The translations under genes were made by a program, and so were the position numbers. Shown here one piece after another: positions 29,534-41,071 of a stretch of DNA of 64,000 nt. Below the pieces are notes generated by a model. It saw only the letters and a list, made by a program, of their open reading frames with translations, had not been told where the DNA came from and made no database searches. The DNA is taken from assembly GCA_963718395.1 (NCBI GenBank), contig CAVQYW010000003.1:4513-68512 (forward strand). Direction: 5' to 3'. The stretch is from an uncultured Acidobacteriaceae bacterium (GTDB lineage: Bacteria > Acidobacteriota > Terriglobia > Terriglobales > Acidobacteriaceae). Position 1 is the stretch's first letter; each line of letters opens with the position of its first letter.

Positions 29534-31453
29534 TTGCTTCCCTTACAATATTGTCTAGTGACGCGCATTTGCACCGGGCTTCTGATCTTCTGTTCCTTCG
29601 CGGCTTACCTGCCGGCGCAGCAGCCCGAAAGCACGCCTTCACAACCTTCGCCCGCGGCACAGGTGCAACCTGCCGCTACCCCGGCCCCGGAAGCCAAGGC
29701 CGCCGGCACCGTCGTTCTGAATCCTGAGTCGCCCAAAGAACTCGCCGACGCCAAGCGCGCCTTCGAGTCGGGCGTGAAGCTGAAAAAATCCGGCGAGTTG
29801 CAGCAGGCCTACGACAAGTTCGAAGAGGCCGCCAAGCTCGATCCGCACAGCGTAGACTACGTGACGGCGCGCGAGATCACCCGCGAAGATCTGGCCATGG
29901 ACGCCATCAATCGCGGCAATAAGGCGCTCAGCGAACAAAAAGAAGTGGTCGCCATGGCCGAGTTTCGCCGGGCGCTCGAGTTCGATCCGCAGAATGAATT
30001 TGCCAAGCAGCGGCTGCAAGATTCGGTCTGGCGCAGTAAGCCGAGCAGCGCTGCCTTGCGGCTGACCGACAGCTCCGACGAAATCCTGTTACAACCGAAT
30101 CCCTCGCATCACGACTTTCGTTTCCGCGGCGACGCCCACTCTTTGATGACTGAAGTTGGCAAGGCCTACGGCATAAGCGTGGAATTCGACGACTCGGTCA
30201 AAACCACGCGCACCCGCTTCGACATCGACGATGTGAACTTCGCCACCGCCATGGAGGCGGCCACCAGGGTTACCAAAACATTCTGGGTGGCGCTCGCGCC
30301 GCGGCAAATTCTGGTAATCGCGGATACTGCGGCCAACCGGACCACCTTCGAGCGGATGACGATCCGCACCTACTATCTGACCGATCTGACGACGCCGCAG
30401 GAGCTCGCGGACCTGGTAAACCTGCTGCGCGTGGTGCTCGAGCTGCGGTTCATTACGCAGGATCCCGCTGAAAACAGCATCGTGATTCGAGCCCCGCAGC
30501 CGTTGGTCGAAGCTGCCACGCAGTTGATAGAGAACATCGTGCAGGGCAGTCCCGAGGTATTGCTGGACGTCAGGGTCTACCAGATCAGCCAGAGCCTGCT
30601 GCGGCAACTCGGCACCAACCTGCCCACCCAGTTCACGATGTTCAACATCAGTCCGGCACTGATCGCCGGCCTGGGATTGGGCGCGCAGAACCTTATCAAC
30701 CAGCTGATTGCTTCGGGTGGCATCAATCAGGCGAATTCCACCGCGATTCAGGCCCTGCTCGGGCAAGTGGCGCAGAACACGACCGCCAATTCTCTGCTGC
30801 AAATGCAGCCATTTGCCACCTTTGGCGGCGGCCAGACGCTGTTCGGCTTGAACGGTACTCCGCCGGTGGGGTTCACCTTCAACCTGAACCAATCGTCGGT
30901 GCAGAACCTGGAGAACGCGCAGGTCCGCGCGTCACAGAACAATGCGGCGACCCTGCTGCTGGGTGAGCGCTATCCCATCGTGAATGCGACTTTCGCTCCC
31001 ATCTACAACACCTCGGCCATTGCCAGCGTCATTGGCAATGGCAGCTACATCGCGCCGGTGCCCTCGGTGAATTATGAAGATATTGGGCTGAAGCTGAAGG
31101 CCACTCCGACCATCCATCCTGACTTGTCAGTGACCCTAAAACTGGAGGTGCAACTCCGCTCGCTGGGTGCGAGCACCAATAACGGCATACCTATCATCAA
31201 CAACCGCGAATACAACGGCACGATTACGGCAATGAGCGGCGAGTCGAGCGTGGTGGCGGGTATTATCGATGAAGAAGATTCGCGAAGCGTGAATGGCTGG
31301 CCCTTCCTCAGCCGCGTTCCCGGACTCACCTTCACCGCCTCAGAGCACGATAAAAACGTGAATAACGCCGACCTGCTGATCGTGATTACCCCGCATATCC
31401 TGCGGCTGCCAACGCACGAGTCGATAGCCATTGCGCTGCCCGTGGGGCATTGA
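29534..31453 (+). CDS. TPR-containing secretin-family outer-membrane protein (GspD/PilQ-like)
   Basis: Signal peptide, TPR-like helices (AYDKFEEAAKLDP, FRRALEFDPQN), secretin N-domain, C-terminal secretin core ending ADLLIVITPHILR. TTG 29534 or GTG 29558 start. Confidence 0.75.
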   Translation: MLPLQYCLVTRICTGLLIFCSFAAYLPAQQPESTPSQPSPAAQVQPAATPAPEAKAAGTVVLNPESPKELADAKRAFESGVKLKKSGELQQAYDKFEEAAKLDPHSVDYVTAREITREDLAMDAINRGNKALSEQKEVVAMAEFRRALEFDPQNEFAKQRLQDSVWRSKPSSAALRLTDSSDEILLQPNPSHHDFRFRGDAHSLMTEVGKAYGISVEFDDSVKTTRTRFDIDDVNFATAMEAATRVTKTFWVALAPRQILVIADTAANRTTFERMTIRTYYLTDLTTPQELADLVNLLRVVLELRFITQDPAENSIVIRAPQPLVEAATQLIENIVQGSPEVLLDVRVYQISQSLLRQLGTNLPTQFTMFNISPALIAGLGLGAQNLINQLIASGGINQANSTAIQALLGQVAQNTTANSLLQMQPFATFGGGQTLFGLNGTPPVGFTFNLNQSSVQNLENAQVRASQNNAATLLLGERYPIVNATFAPIYNTSAIASVIGNGSYIAPVPSVNYEDIGLKLKATPTIHPDLSVTLKLEVQLRSLGASTNNGIPIINNREYNGTITAMSGESSVVAGIIDEEDSRSVNGWPFLSRVPGLTFTASEHDKNVNNADLLIVITPHILRLPTHESIAIALPVGH

Positions 31454-31457
31454 AGAA

Positions 31458-31629
31458 GTGGTCGGTGGTCGCTTGTCAGTTGCCGGTTGTCAGGAAAAAG
31501 CTGAAAGGTCGGGGCACGCAAACCACTTTCGTCTCTCCATTAGATCCGACGATCCCATGGCTGACTGGTTATCTTCTCGCAGGCGCTTTCCCAACCTCTT
31601 TCTGACAACTGACAACTGACCACTGGCAA
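31458..31629. repeat. inverted heptamer-array element
   Basis: Left arm GTGGTCG GTGGTCG CTTGTCA GTTGCCG GTTGTCA (31458-31492). Right arm CTGACAA CTGACAA CTGACCA CTGGCAA (31602-31629) is its imperfect reverse complement. About 110 bp of core lies between them. Confidence 0.65.
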
Positions 31630-32513
31630 CTACTTCAGGTCGTAATCCACCATTGCCTTCACCGTCTCATATGGCGTATTGACGAAGCCCGAGACCTTGC
31701 GTCCGTTGATGAAGAAGGTGGGCGTGCTGTTGACATTGAGCTTCTCTCCCAGGGCGATCGAGTCGCGCACGCGCTTTTCGGTTTCCGGCTTGGCCGCGCA
31801 GGCGCTCGCCGCCGCAGGATCGCCGCCTGCCTCCTTCACGAACTCCTTCAGCTTCTCGTCCGCATTCTGCTCGTTAACGTCGCTTTGGTGTTCGTAGGTG
31901 GTGGCTATGAACTTCCACACCACATCGTTGTTCTCCCGTCCCAGGCAATCAAGATACTTTGCGCCCCGCATCGCCCAGGGATGGATCTGCTCCAGCGGAA
32001 AATTCTGGAAGATGAGCTTGGCTTTGGGCTCTTCACTCATCAGCTTGTTCAGGTTCTCCTGCGCCTTCTTGCATGCCGGGCATTCCAGGTCGCCGAATTC
32101 GACAATGGTGACGACAGCATCTTTCGGCCCGTGCTCGGGGCCGTTGACGTTCTTCAACTCCGACCCGCGCCTGCGGCGAAAGGATCAGATCCGAACGGCA
32201 CCAGGTCTCCCGAAAACGCGTAATGCTCATCGGGCGTGACATAAATTCGCTGTACCGCCTGCCCTTCCGGGGTGTTGAAGACCACCGTCACTTCCGCGAT
32301 GGTCGGCGCCTCCGAGGGCTTGATGCTGACGACATGCCAGGCCAGGTTCTGGTTCCAGCCGAACATGTGCTTGAGAAACTCGTTCACCGTGTCTTCAGTG
32401 GGAAGCTTAGCGCTGGAGGACGCGGCTGGGGTAGCGGTGTGGGTCTGGGCAAGAAGGTGGAAGCTGCAGAACACCAGCCCAGCGATGAGGAACACGCGCG
32501 ATAGAAATTTCAT
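31630..32513 (-). pseudogene. DsbA/thioredoxin-fold thiol:disulfide oxidoreductase, apparently split by one frameshift
   Basis: The N-terminal ORF (signal peptide MKFLSRVFLIAGLVFCSF) ends at 32154. The thioredoxin-fold ORF (VTIVEFGDLECPACKK) has no signal peptide and begins at TTG 32157. The other frame reads through as ...DPFAARRGSELKNVNGPEHG. Confidence 0.5.
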
Positions 32514-32541
32514 TGCTGCCTTTCCAACTTTGTGGTTGTAA

Positions 32542-34182
32542 CTACAGATCGGTCTTCGCTGCGATAGGATAGCGCCGGCCAAAACCGAACGCTTTCTCCG
32601 AAATCTTCAATCCCGGCGCAGCCTGCTGACGTTTGTATTCGCTACGGTCGACCATGCGGGCGATGCCGCGCACCAGCTCGAGGTCGTAACCATGCTGGTC
32701 GGCAATCTGCTGCGGCGACTGGTTGTTCTCTACGTAATCGACCAGCACGGTATCCAGCATCTCGTATGGCGGAAGCGAGTCGCTATCTTTCTGGTCCGGC
32801 CGCAACTCCGCCGACGGCGGCTTCTCGATGGTCGATTTCGGGATGCGCTCGCCCTTGCGATTGACATAGTGCGATAGCCGGTAGACCAGCGTCTTGGGCA
32901 CATCGGAGATTACCGCCAGACCTCCGCACATGTCACCGTAGAGCGTGCAGTAGCCGACCCCCAGCTCCGATTTGTTGCCGGTGGTAAGCACCATGGAACC
33001 CAGTTTGTTCGACAACGCCATTACCAGCGAGCCGCGAATGCGCGCCTGAATATTTTCTTCCGCAACGCCGGGCTTGCGGTTCCCAAATGCCGGCGCCAGT
33101 CCGGTAGTGTAAGAGCGAAAGATGTCGTCAATGCGGATGAGCTCGCACTGGATACCGAGATTTTTCGCCAGCGCCAGCGCATCATCAATGCTGCCCGGCG
33201 ACGAGTATGGACCCGGCATGGCGACGCCCATGACGTTCTCTGCACCGAGGGCGTCCACGGCGATGCAGGCGGTGAGCGCCGAATCAATGCCGCCGCTGAG
33301 TCCGAGCACGACCTGCTTGAATCCACATTTGCGCACGTAATCGCGCGTGCCCAGCACCAGCGCTGCATAGGCGCTGCCTTCTTCACTGTCATCGCGCTCG
33401 TGCATGTCGCCTGCGAGCGTGTCGGAATCGAAGAAGATGAGATCCTCTTCGAACGATTTAGCTTGCGCAATCACGCTGCCGTCGGGCCCCAGCACCAGGC
33501 TGGAGCCATCAAACACCAGGCTGTCGTTGCCTCCGACCTGATTTACCAAGGCCACCGGTACGTTGTACTGGCGCGCAATGGCCGCCAGCATGTCGCGGCG
33601 CAGCTCCCGCTTGCATAGATAAAAAGGTGAAGCCGAGATGTTCAGCAGGACCTTGCCGCCGGCGCGCATCTGGTCTTCGACCGGATCGACGCCATAAAGA
33701 CGACGGTCCCAGAAGTTCTTGTCGTTCCAGGCGTCTTCGCAGACGGTGAGTGCGACCTGCTCGCCGCCGAGTTGTAAGAGATGCTGCGAGTCAGCGGGCG
33801 CGAAGTTGCGCATCTCATCGAAGACGTCGTAGGTAGGCAGCAGGCGCTTCGACTGGATAAAAGCAATCTTGCCGTCGCGCAGCAGGGCCGCCGAGTTGTG
33901 GACGTGTTTGCCGGTGCCATTCCTGGTCGGCGTCACCAGCCCCACGATGACGGCGACCCCTTCGGTCTTGCGGGCGATCGCTTCGGCCGTCTGGCGATTG
34001 TGTTCGACAAACCAGGGACGCTCCACCAGGTCGCGCGGAGGGTAGCCGCAGATCGAGAGCTCAGGAAACATCACCAGCTCGGCACCGGCGCTGCGAGCGC
34101 GCTGCGCATAATCGATGATTTTTGCGGAGTTTCCGGCGAAATCTGCGATGGTGGTGTTGATCTGCCCGAGTGCAATCCTCAC
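32542..34182 (-). CDS. nadE: glutamine-dependent NAD+ synthetase
   Basis: N-terminal CN-hydrolase domain (RIALGQINTTIADFAGN, MFPELSICGYPP) and C-terminal NAD synthetase domain (VVLGLSGGIDSAL, TGNKSELGVGYCTLYGDMCGGLAVI). GTG 34182 start. Confidence 0.93.
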   Translation of the reverse strand: MRIALGQINTTIADFAGNSAKIIDYAQRARSAGAELVMFPELSICGYPPRDLVERPWFVEHNRQTAEAIARKTEGVAVIVGLVTPTRNGTGKHVHNSAALLRDGKIAFIQSKRLLPTYDVFDEMRNFAPADSQHLLQLGGEQVALTVCEDAWNDKNFWDRRLYGVDPVEDQMRAGGKVLLNISASPFYLCKRELRRDMLAAIARQYNVPVALVNQVGGNDSLVFDGSSLVLGPDGSVIAQAKSFEEDLIFFDSDTLAGDMHERDDSEEGSAYAALVLGTRDYVRKCGFKQVVLGLSGGIDSALTACIAVDALGAENVMGVAMPGPYSSPGSIDDALALAKNLGIQCELIRIDDIFRSYTTGLAPAFGNRKPGVAEENIQARIRGSLVMALSNKLGSMVLTTGNKSELGVGYCTLYGDMCGGLAVISDVPKTLVYRLSHYVNRKGERIPKSTIEKPPSAELRPDQKDSDSLPPYEMLDTVLVDYVENNQSPQQIADQHGYDLELVRGIARMVDRSEYKRQQAAPGLKISEKAFGFGRRYPIAAKTDL

Positions 34183-34314
34183 ATATAGAAGTGTAATGGC
34201 CGAAGCGCAAGCGCGCCAAATGAGGCCGTCACCCGGGGCGTGAAAGGTAAATCCAGCTCTGACCAACGCTGCCGCCCGAAACGTCATCCAACCACGTTGG
34301 TTCACTTTTCACAT

Positions 34315-35295
34315 ATGCAAGGCTCTTTTGATCGCCATCGTAGGACGCGCGAACTGATCCTCGCGCTCGCCGCGCTCACGCTTATTGCAGCCGTCGGGTG
34401 CAGTCACCAACCCGTGCACCAACCGCTTGACATGAATCACTTTGTCGGCGGCAATCAGGATCCCATGCTGCTCGCCGACTATCAACCGTGGTTCGGCCAG
34501 CGTAGCCACATCGATGTCGGCTACTCATCGGTTGACCGGGTAAAGATCGAGCAGCAGATCGATCACGCCAAACAGCTCGGCATCGCCGCTTTTGTCGTGA
34601 ACTGGTATGGCCAGCGCCATGACTTTGAAGACAAGGCGTACACCCTCATGCAGCAGGCAGCGGCCGACAAGGACTTCAAAGTCGCCTTGATGTATGACGA
34701 GGATGACAGCAATCCGGCGAGCAGCACCGACGCGGTGATCGCCGATTTGCAGTACGCGTACGATCGCTACATCGGCCCCCATGCCGTGATTAATCGCAGC
34801 GCCTACCTGACGTATAACGGCAAGCCGATGATCTTCATCTTCCCCAAAGACGGACACACCGACTGGGGCCGCGTGCGCCAGACCGTAAACTCATGGGAAG
34901 ACCCGCCGCTGCTCATCTTTAAGGACGTCAACCCAAAATTCGCCAATGACTTCGACGGCTTTTACGCCTGGGTGAATCCGGGCAAAGCGGGCTGGAGCGC
35001 AAACGGCAGCAATTGGGGCGAGGATTATCTGGACAACTTCTACCAGACGATGATCGCGCAGTATCCCAACAAGATTGCTGTCGGCGCGGCGTGGCCGGGC
35101 TTCAACGATTCACGCGCCAGCTGGAGCCAGAATCGGCACATGAATCCGCGCTGCGGCAAGACCTTCGACGATACCCTGCGCTTGTTCCGCCGCTATTACA
35201 ACGAGCAGCGGCCGCTTCCCTTCCTGATGATCGAGACCTGGAACGACTACGAAGAAGGCACCGCGATTGAAGGTGGTGTAGCGGCGTGTAAGTAG
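34315..35295 (+). CDS. lipoprotein, putative glycoside-hydrolase-like TIM-barrel protein
   Basis: Lipobox LTLIAAVGC. Blocks GIAAFVVNWYG and LMIETWNDYEEGTAIE resemble GH99/GH71-like enzymes. Assignment is from memory only. Confidence 0.45.
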   Translation: MQGSFDRHRRTRELILALAALTLIAAVGCSHQPVHQPLDMNHFVGGNQDPMLLADYQPWFGQRSHIDVGYSSVDRVKIEQQIDHAKQLGIAAFVVNWYGQRHDFEDKAYTLMQQAAADKDFKVALMYDEDDSNPASSTDAVIADLQYAYDRYIGPHAVINRSAYLTYNGKPMIFIFPKDGHTDWGRVRQTVNSWEDPPLLIFKDVNPKFANDFDGFYAWVNPGKAGWSANGSNWGEDYLDNFYQTMIAQYPNKIAVGAAWPGFNDSRASWSQNRHMNPRCGKTFDDTLRLFRRYYNEQRPLPFLMIETWNDYEEGTAIEGGVAACK

Positions 35296-35399
35296 CAACG
35301 CTGCTCGCTCATCGCTCTTTGCGACTCGCCAGGGACCGACGCGCTAGATCGCTGCCACAACAACCTGCGAATATGCATCGAGCAAGCTGTCGGGATCGC

Positions 35400-36455
35400 T
35401 CATTGCACCTTCTTCTGCAACTCCAGACAGTCATCGTGCAACTTGGCGTCGTGCGTCATGCCATCGGCGATCATGCACTCATCCAGCGCCGACTTGGGAT
35501 CGGAGGTCTTGAAGATCTGCAACAACACCAGGTGCGGGGTCGGCCAGGTCGGAGCCAGCCGCGCCGCCTCTTTCAACTGCGCTACGGCATTGGTGAGATC
35601 GTGCTTATTCTTGTAGGCGATGCCGAGGTTATAGTGGGCGTTGGCGTTGCCCGGCTGCAGCTTGATGGCTTGGGTGTAATTGGCGATCGCTTCGTCGGTT
35701 CGGCCGGTGACGTCCAGAACCGTCCCCAGATTCATCAGAATGTCAGCGTTGTTGGGCTGGAGTTTCAACGCTCCCTGATATTCCGTGATCGCACCGTTGT
35801 AGTCACGCCGGGCGTACAGCAGGTTTCCCAGATTGCTGTAGGCCGATGCCATCCTCGGATTCAGCCGAACCGCTTCCCGATACTCTGCCTCCGCGGCTTT
35901 GGTGTCTCCCATTTTCTTGTAGGCGTATCCCAGATTGTTGTGCAATTCGGCGTCGTTCGGCTTATAGCGCAGCGCTTCTTTGAATTGCGAGATGGCTTCG
36001 CCGTAGCCGCCTTTGTCGAGCAAAAGGTCGCCGAGACGATAATGGGCCGCAACGTACGCCGGATATTCCTTGATGGCGTCGCGATACTCCGCAATGGCTT
36101 CATCAGGCAGCTTGTCTTTTTCGTCGAGGATACCCTGATGGTAGTGTCGTTCGGCCGCTGCCGGAATAATCGTCGCCGCCGAGCTCATGGGCGTGTTCGC
36201 ATCGCTTTTTGCCGCCTGGGACGACGACGCATTGGCTGCCGGTGAAGGCGTGGCCGCGGCACTCGGGGCAGTAGAACTGGAAGCCGGGGCCCCGCCTTTT
36301 GTGTCAAAAGGAGAGCTCGCCGTGCCCTTGCCATCGCCCTTAACCGAGCTGGGCGTGTCGGGAGTCGCCTGAGCAGCCGGTTGATTCTGCTGCGCCAGGC
36401 ATGTGCCGGTGCTCAACACGAGCGCCAACAAACCGTATACGAATCGCGAAGACAT
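35400..36455 (-). CDS. secreted TPR-repeat protein
   Basis: Signal peptide MSSRFVYGLLALVLSTGTCLA, a Ser/Ala/Pro-rich linker, then about 7 TPR units (AIAEYRDAIKEYPAYVAAHYRLG, ...). The long ORF to 36842 overlaps gpmI and is not used. Confidence 0.85.
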   Translation of the reverse strand: MSSRFVYGLLALVLSTGTCLAQQNQPAAQATPDTPSSVKGDGKGTASSPFDTKGGAPASSSTAPSAAATPSPAANASSSQAAKSDANTPMSSAATIIPAAAERHYHQGILDEKDKLPDEAIAEYRDAIKEYPAYVAAHYRLGDLLLDKGGYGEAISQFKEALRYKPNDAELHNNLGYAYKKMGDTKAAEAEYREAVRLNPRMASAYSNLGNLLYARRDYNGAITEYQGALKLQPNNADILMNLGTVLDVTGRTDEAIANYTQAIKLQPGNANAHYNLGIAYKNKHDLTNAVAQLKEAARLAPTWPTPHLVLLQIFKTSDPKSALDECMIADGMTHDAKLHDDCLELQKKVQ

Positions 36456-36508
36456 GACTGCCACGAGTATAGCTTCCAAGCGCGACGAGGCGGTTAATGG
36501 GGAGCGAG

Positions 36509-38165
36509 CTACAGCCTCGCCTCTTCCGCCATCACGCGCAGATCGTGTCCGGTCATTTCCTTTGGCTGCGCGATGCCCAACATTCCCAACATGGTTGGAG
36601 CTATATCCTGCAAAGCTCCGTCGGGTTTCAGCGTGAACCGGCGCCCATCGCCTTTGAAACCGGCCGGAGGCACCGCATGCTCTGCCACGACGATGAACGG
36701 CACCGGATTGGTAGTGTGCGCTGTCTGCGGACCGCCGGTCGCGGGGTCGATCATCTGTTCGGCATTGCCGTGGTCGGCGGTAACGATCATCGCGCCGCCG
36801 CGCTCGCTTTAATGCCGCATTGATTTCTGCCCAGACAGGCATCGACGGTTTCGCACGGCTTCTATGGTCGGCGGGATCTTGCCCGAGTGTCCCACCATAT
36901 CGGCGTTGGCGAAGTTCACCACCATCACGTCGAAGGTCTTCTCCTCAATCGCCTTGACCACCGCGTCGGCGATGCCCTGAGCTGACATCTCCGGCTTCAG
37001 ATCGTAAGTCGCGACCTTCGGCGACGGCACCAGCACGCGGTCTTCGCCGGGAAATGGCTTCTCGACTCCGCCATTAAAGAAGTAAGTCACGTGCGCGTAC
37101 TTCTCCGTCTCGGCCACGCGCAGGTTGCGCAGGTTGCGATCGGCCATCACGTTGGCCAGGATGTTGCCCAGCGACTCCGGAGGAGACACCACCGGCAAGG
37201 TGAAGTGCTTGTCGTACTGCGTCATGCAGACGTACGTCAGGTCTTTGGGCACGCGGTCCGCGGGATCTCCCGGTCCAGATCCTCTGCGCCTTCCAGTTCG
37301 CGGCCGTCCTGCGGAGTGAAGTGGCTGTTACGCGCCAGGCAGCGCGTGATCTGCCGAGCACGGTCGGCGCGGAAGTTGAAGTTGAGGCAAACATCGCCGT
37401 CGCGGATCGTGCCCAGCGGCTCGCCGCGCTCGTCGACCACAACAAACGGAATGATGAACTCGTCCGTCACGTCCTCGGTTGTACGACTCGCTTCACGCCC
37501 TGCGCCGCGTCGGTGAAATCGCCCACCCTCGGCGATGCCGTCGACCATCGCGTCGAAGGCCTTCTTCTCGCGTTCCCATCGCCGGTCGCGATCCATGGCA
37601 TAGTAGCGCCCGCTCACGCTGGCAATCTTGCCGACGCCATACTCGCGCATCTTTTGCTGCAAGCTGCTCGATATAGCCCGCGCCGTTGGTCGGCAGCGTG
37701 TCGCGGCCATCCATGAAGCGTGGACAAAGACGCGCTCCACGCCGTTCTGCTTGGCCATGCGCAGCAACGCATAAAGATGATTCTGATGCGAATGCACACC
37801 GCCATCCGACAGCAGGCCGAACAGATGCAGTCGGCGCTCGCCAATGCGCGCCTTTCCATGGCCTCGAGCAGCACCGGGTTCGTCAAAGAACTCACCGTTC
37901 TCGATCAGTGAGATCGATCTTGGTGATGTCCATGTAAACGACGCGCCCGGCGCCGATGTTCAGGTGACCGACTTCGCTGTTGCCCATCTGCCCGGTCGGG
38001 CAGACCAACATAGCGTCCGCTGGTATGGATCAGCGTGTTGGGAAACTCGGCGAGCAGCTTGTCGTAGTTGGGCTTGCGCGCCAGCGAGATGGCATTGGCG
38101 GCCGCCGGCGGAGCATAACCCCAGCCATCGAGAATGATCAGAACGAGAGGTTTGGTGCTGAGCAT
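36509..38165 (-). pseudogene. gpmI: 2,3-bisphosphoglycerate-independent phosphoglycerate mutase, interrupted by many frameshifts
   Basis: GpmI blocks are spread over several frames: [107 protein letters not shown]. At least about 7 frame changes. Confidence 0.9.
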
Positions 38166-38248
38166 TCACGATCCTTCGCCAGAAAATTGCGGTCAAACGG
38201 TGCAGCACACTGCTCGCGCCGCCATAGTCGTAAGCTGATCGCCGTAGT

Positions 38249-40780
<2,532 letters not shown>

Positions 40781-41071
40781 GTGGACCTCCAAAGATGAAA
40801 CGCGACGTGTGCTGTCGCACCAGGATGAGGCCTGCGGGAGAAACCTGGGATTACCCCACTTGTTCGTGGGATTCTGCGCCCGAACCATAACGAAGTCAAG
40901 TGCGCCACGTCTGACAAAACAAAAGGAGAGAAGCTGGGTTAACTAGAAATCAAAGGCAATAAACTGTCTTCTAAGGTTGTTTCCTGGTTTGGAACTCGCG
41001 CCTCCAGGGCTTATTCTGTTCTGCGCTGATCGCGCCAAGCTTGCATTGCCAGTACCTGGGTCGGAGTGTGT

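Noticed and set aside
31458-31629. Heptamer arrays as possible CRISPR arrays (also 43521, 48063, 49974)
   Set aside because: The units are 7 nt and directly tandem, with no spacers of unique sequence. No cas genes are in the window. This does not fit CRISPR architecture.
32154-32157. TTGA overlap interpreted as translational coupling of two separate genes
   Set aside because: The downstream thioredoxin-fold product would lack any export signal, while the upstream one has only a signal peptide and a short domain. A single frameshifted gene is more plausible, but this is not proven.
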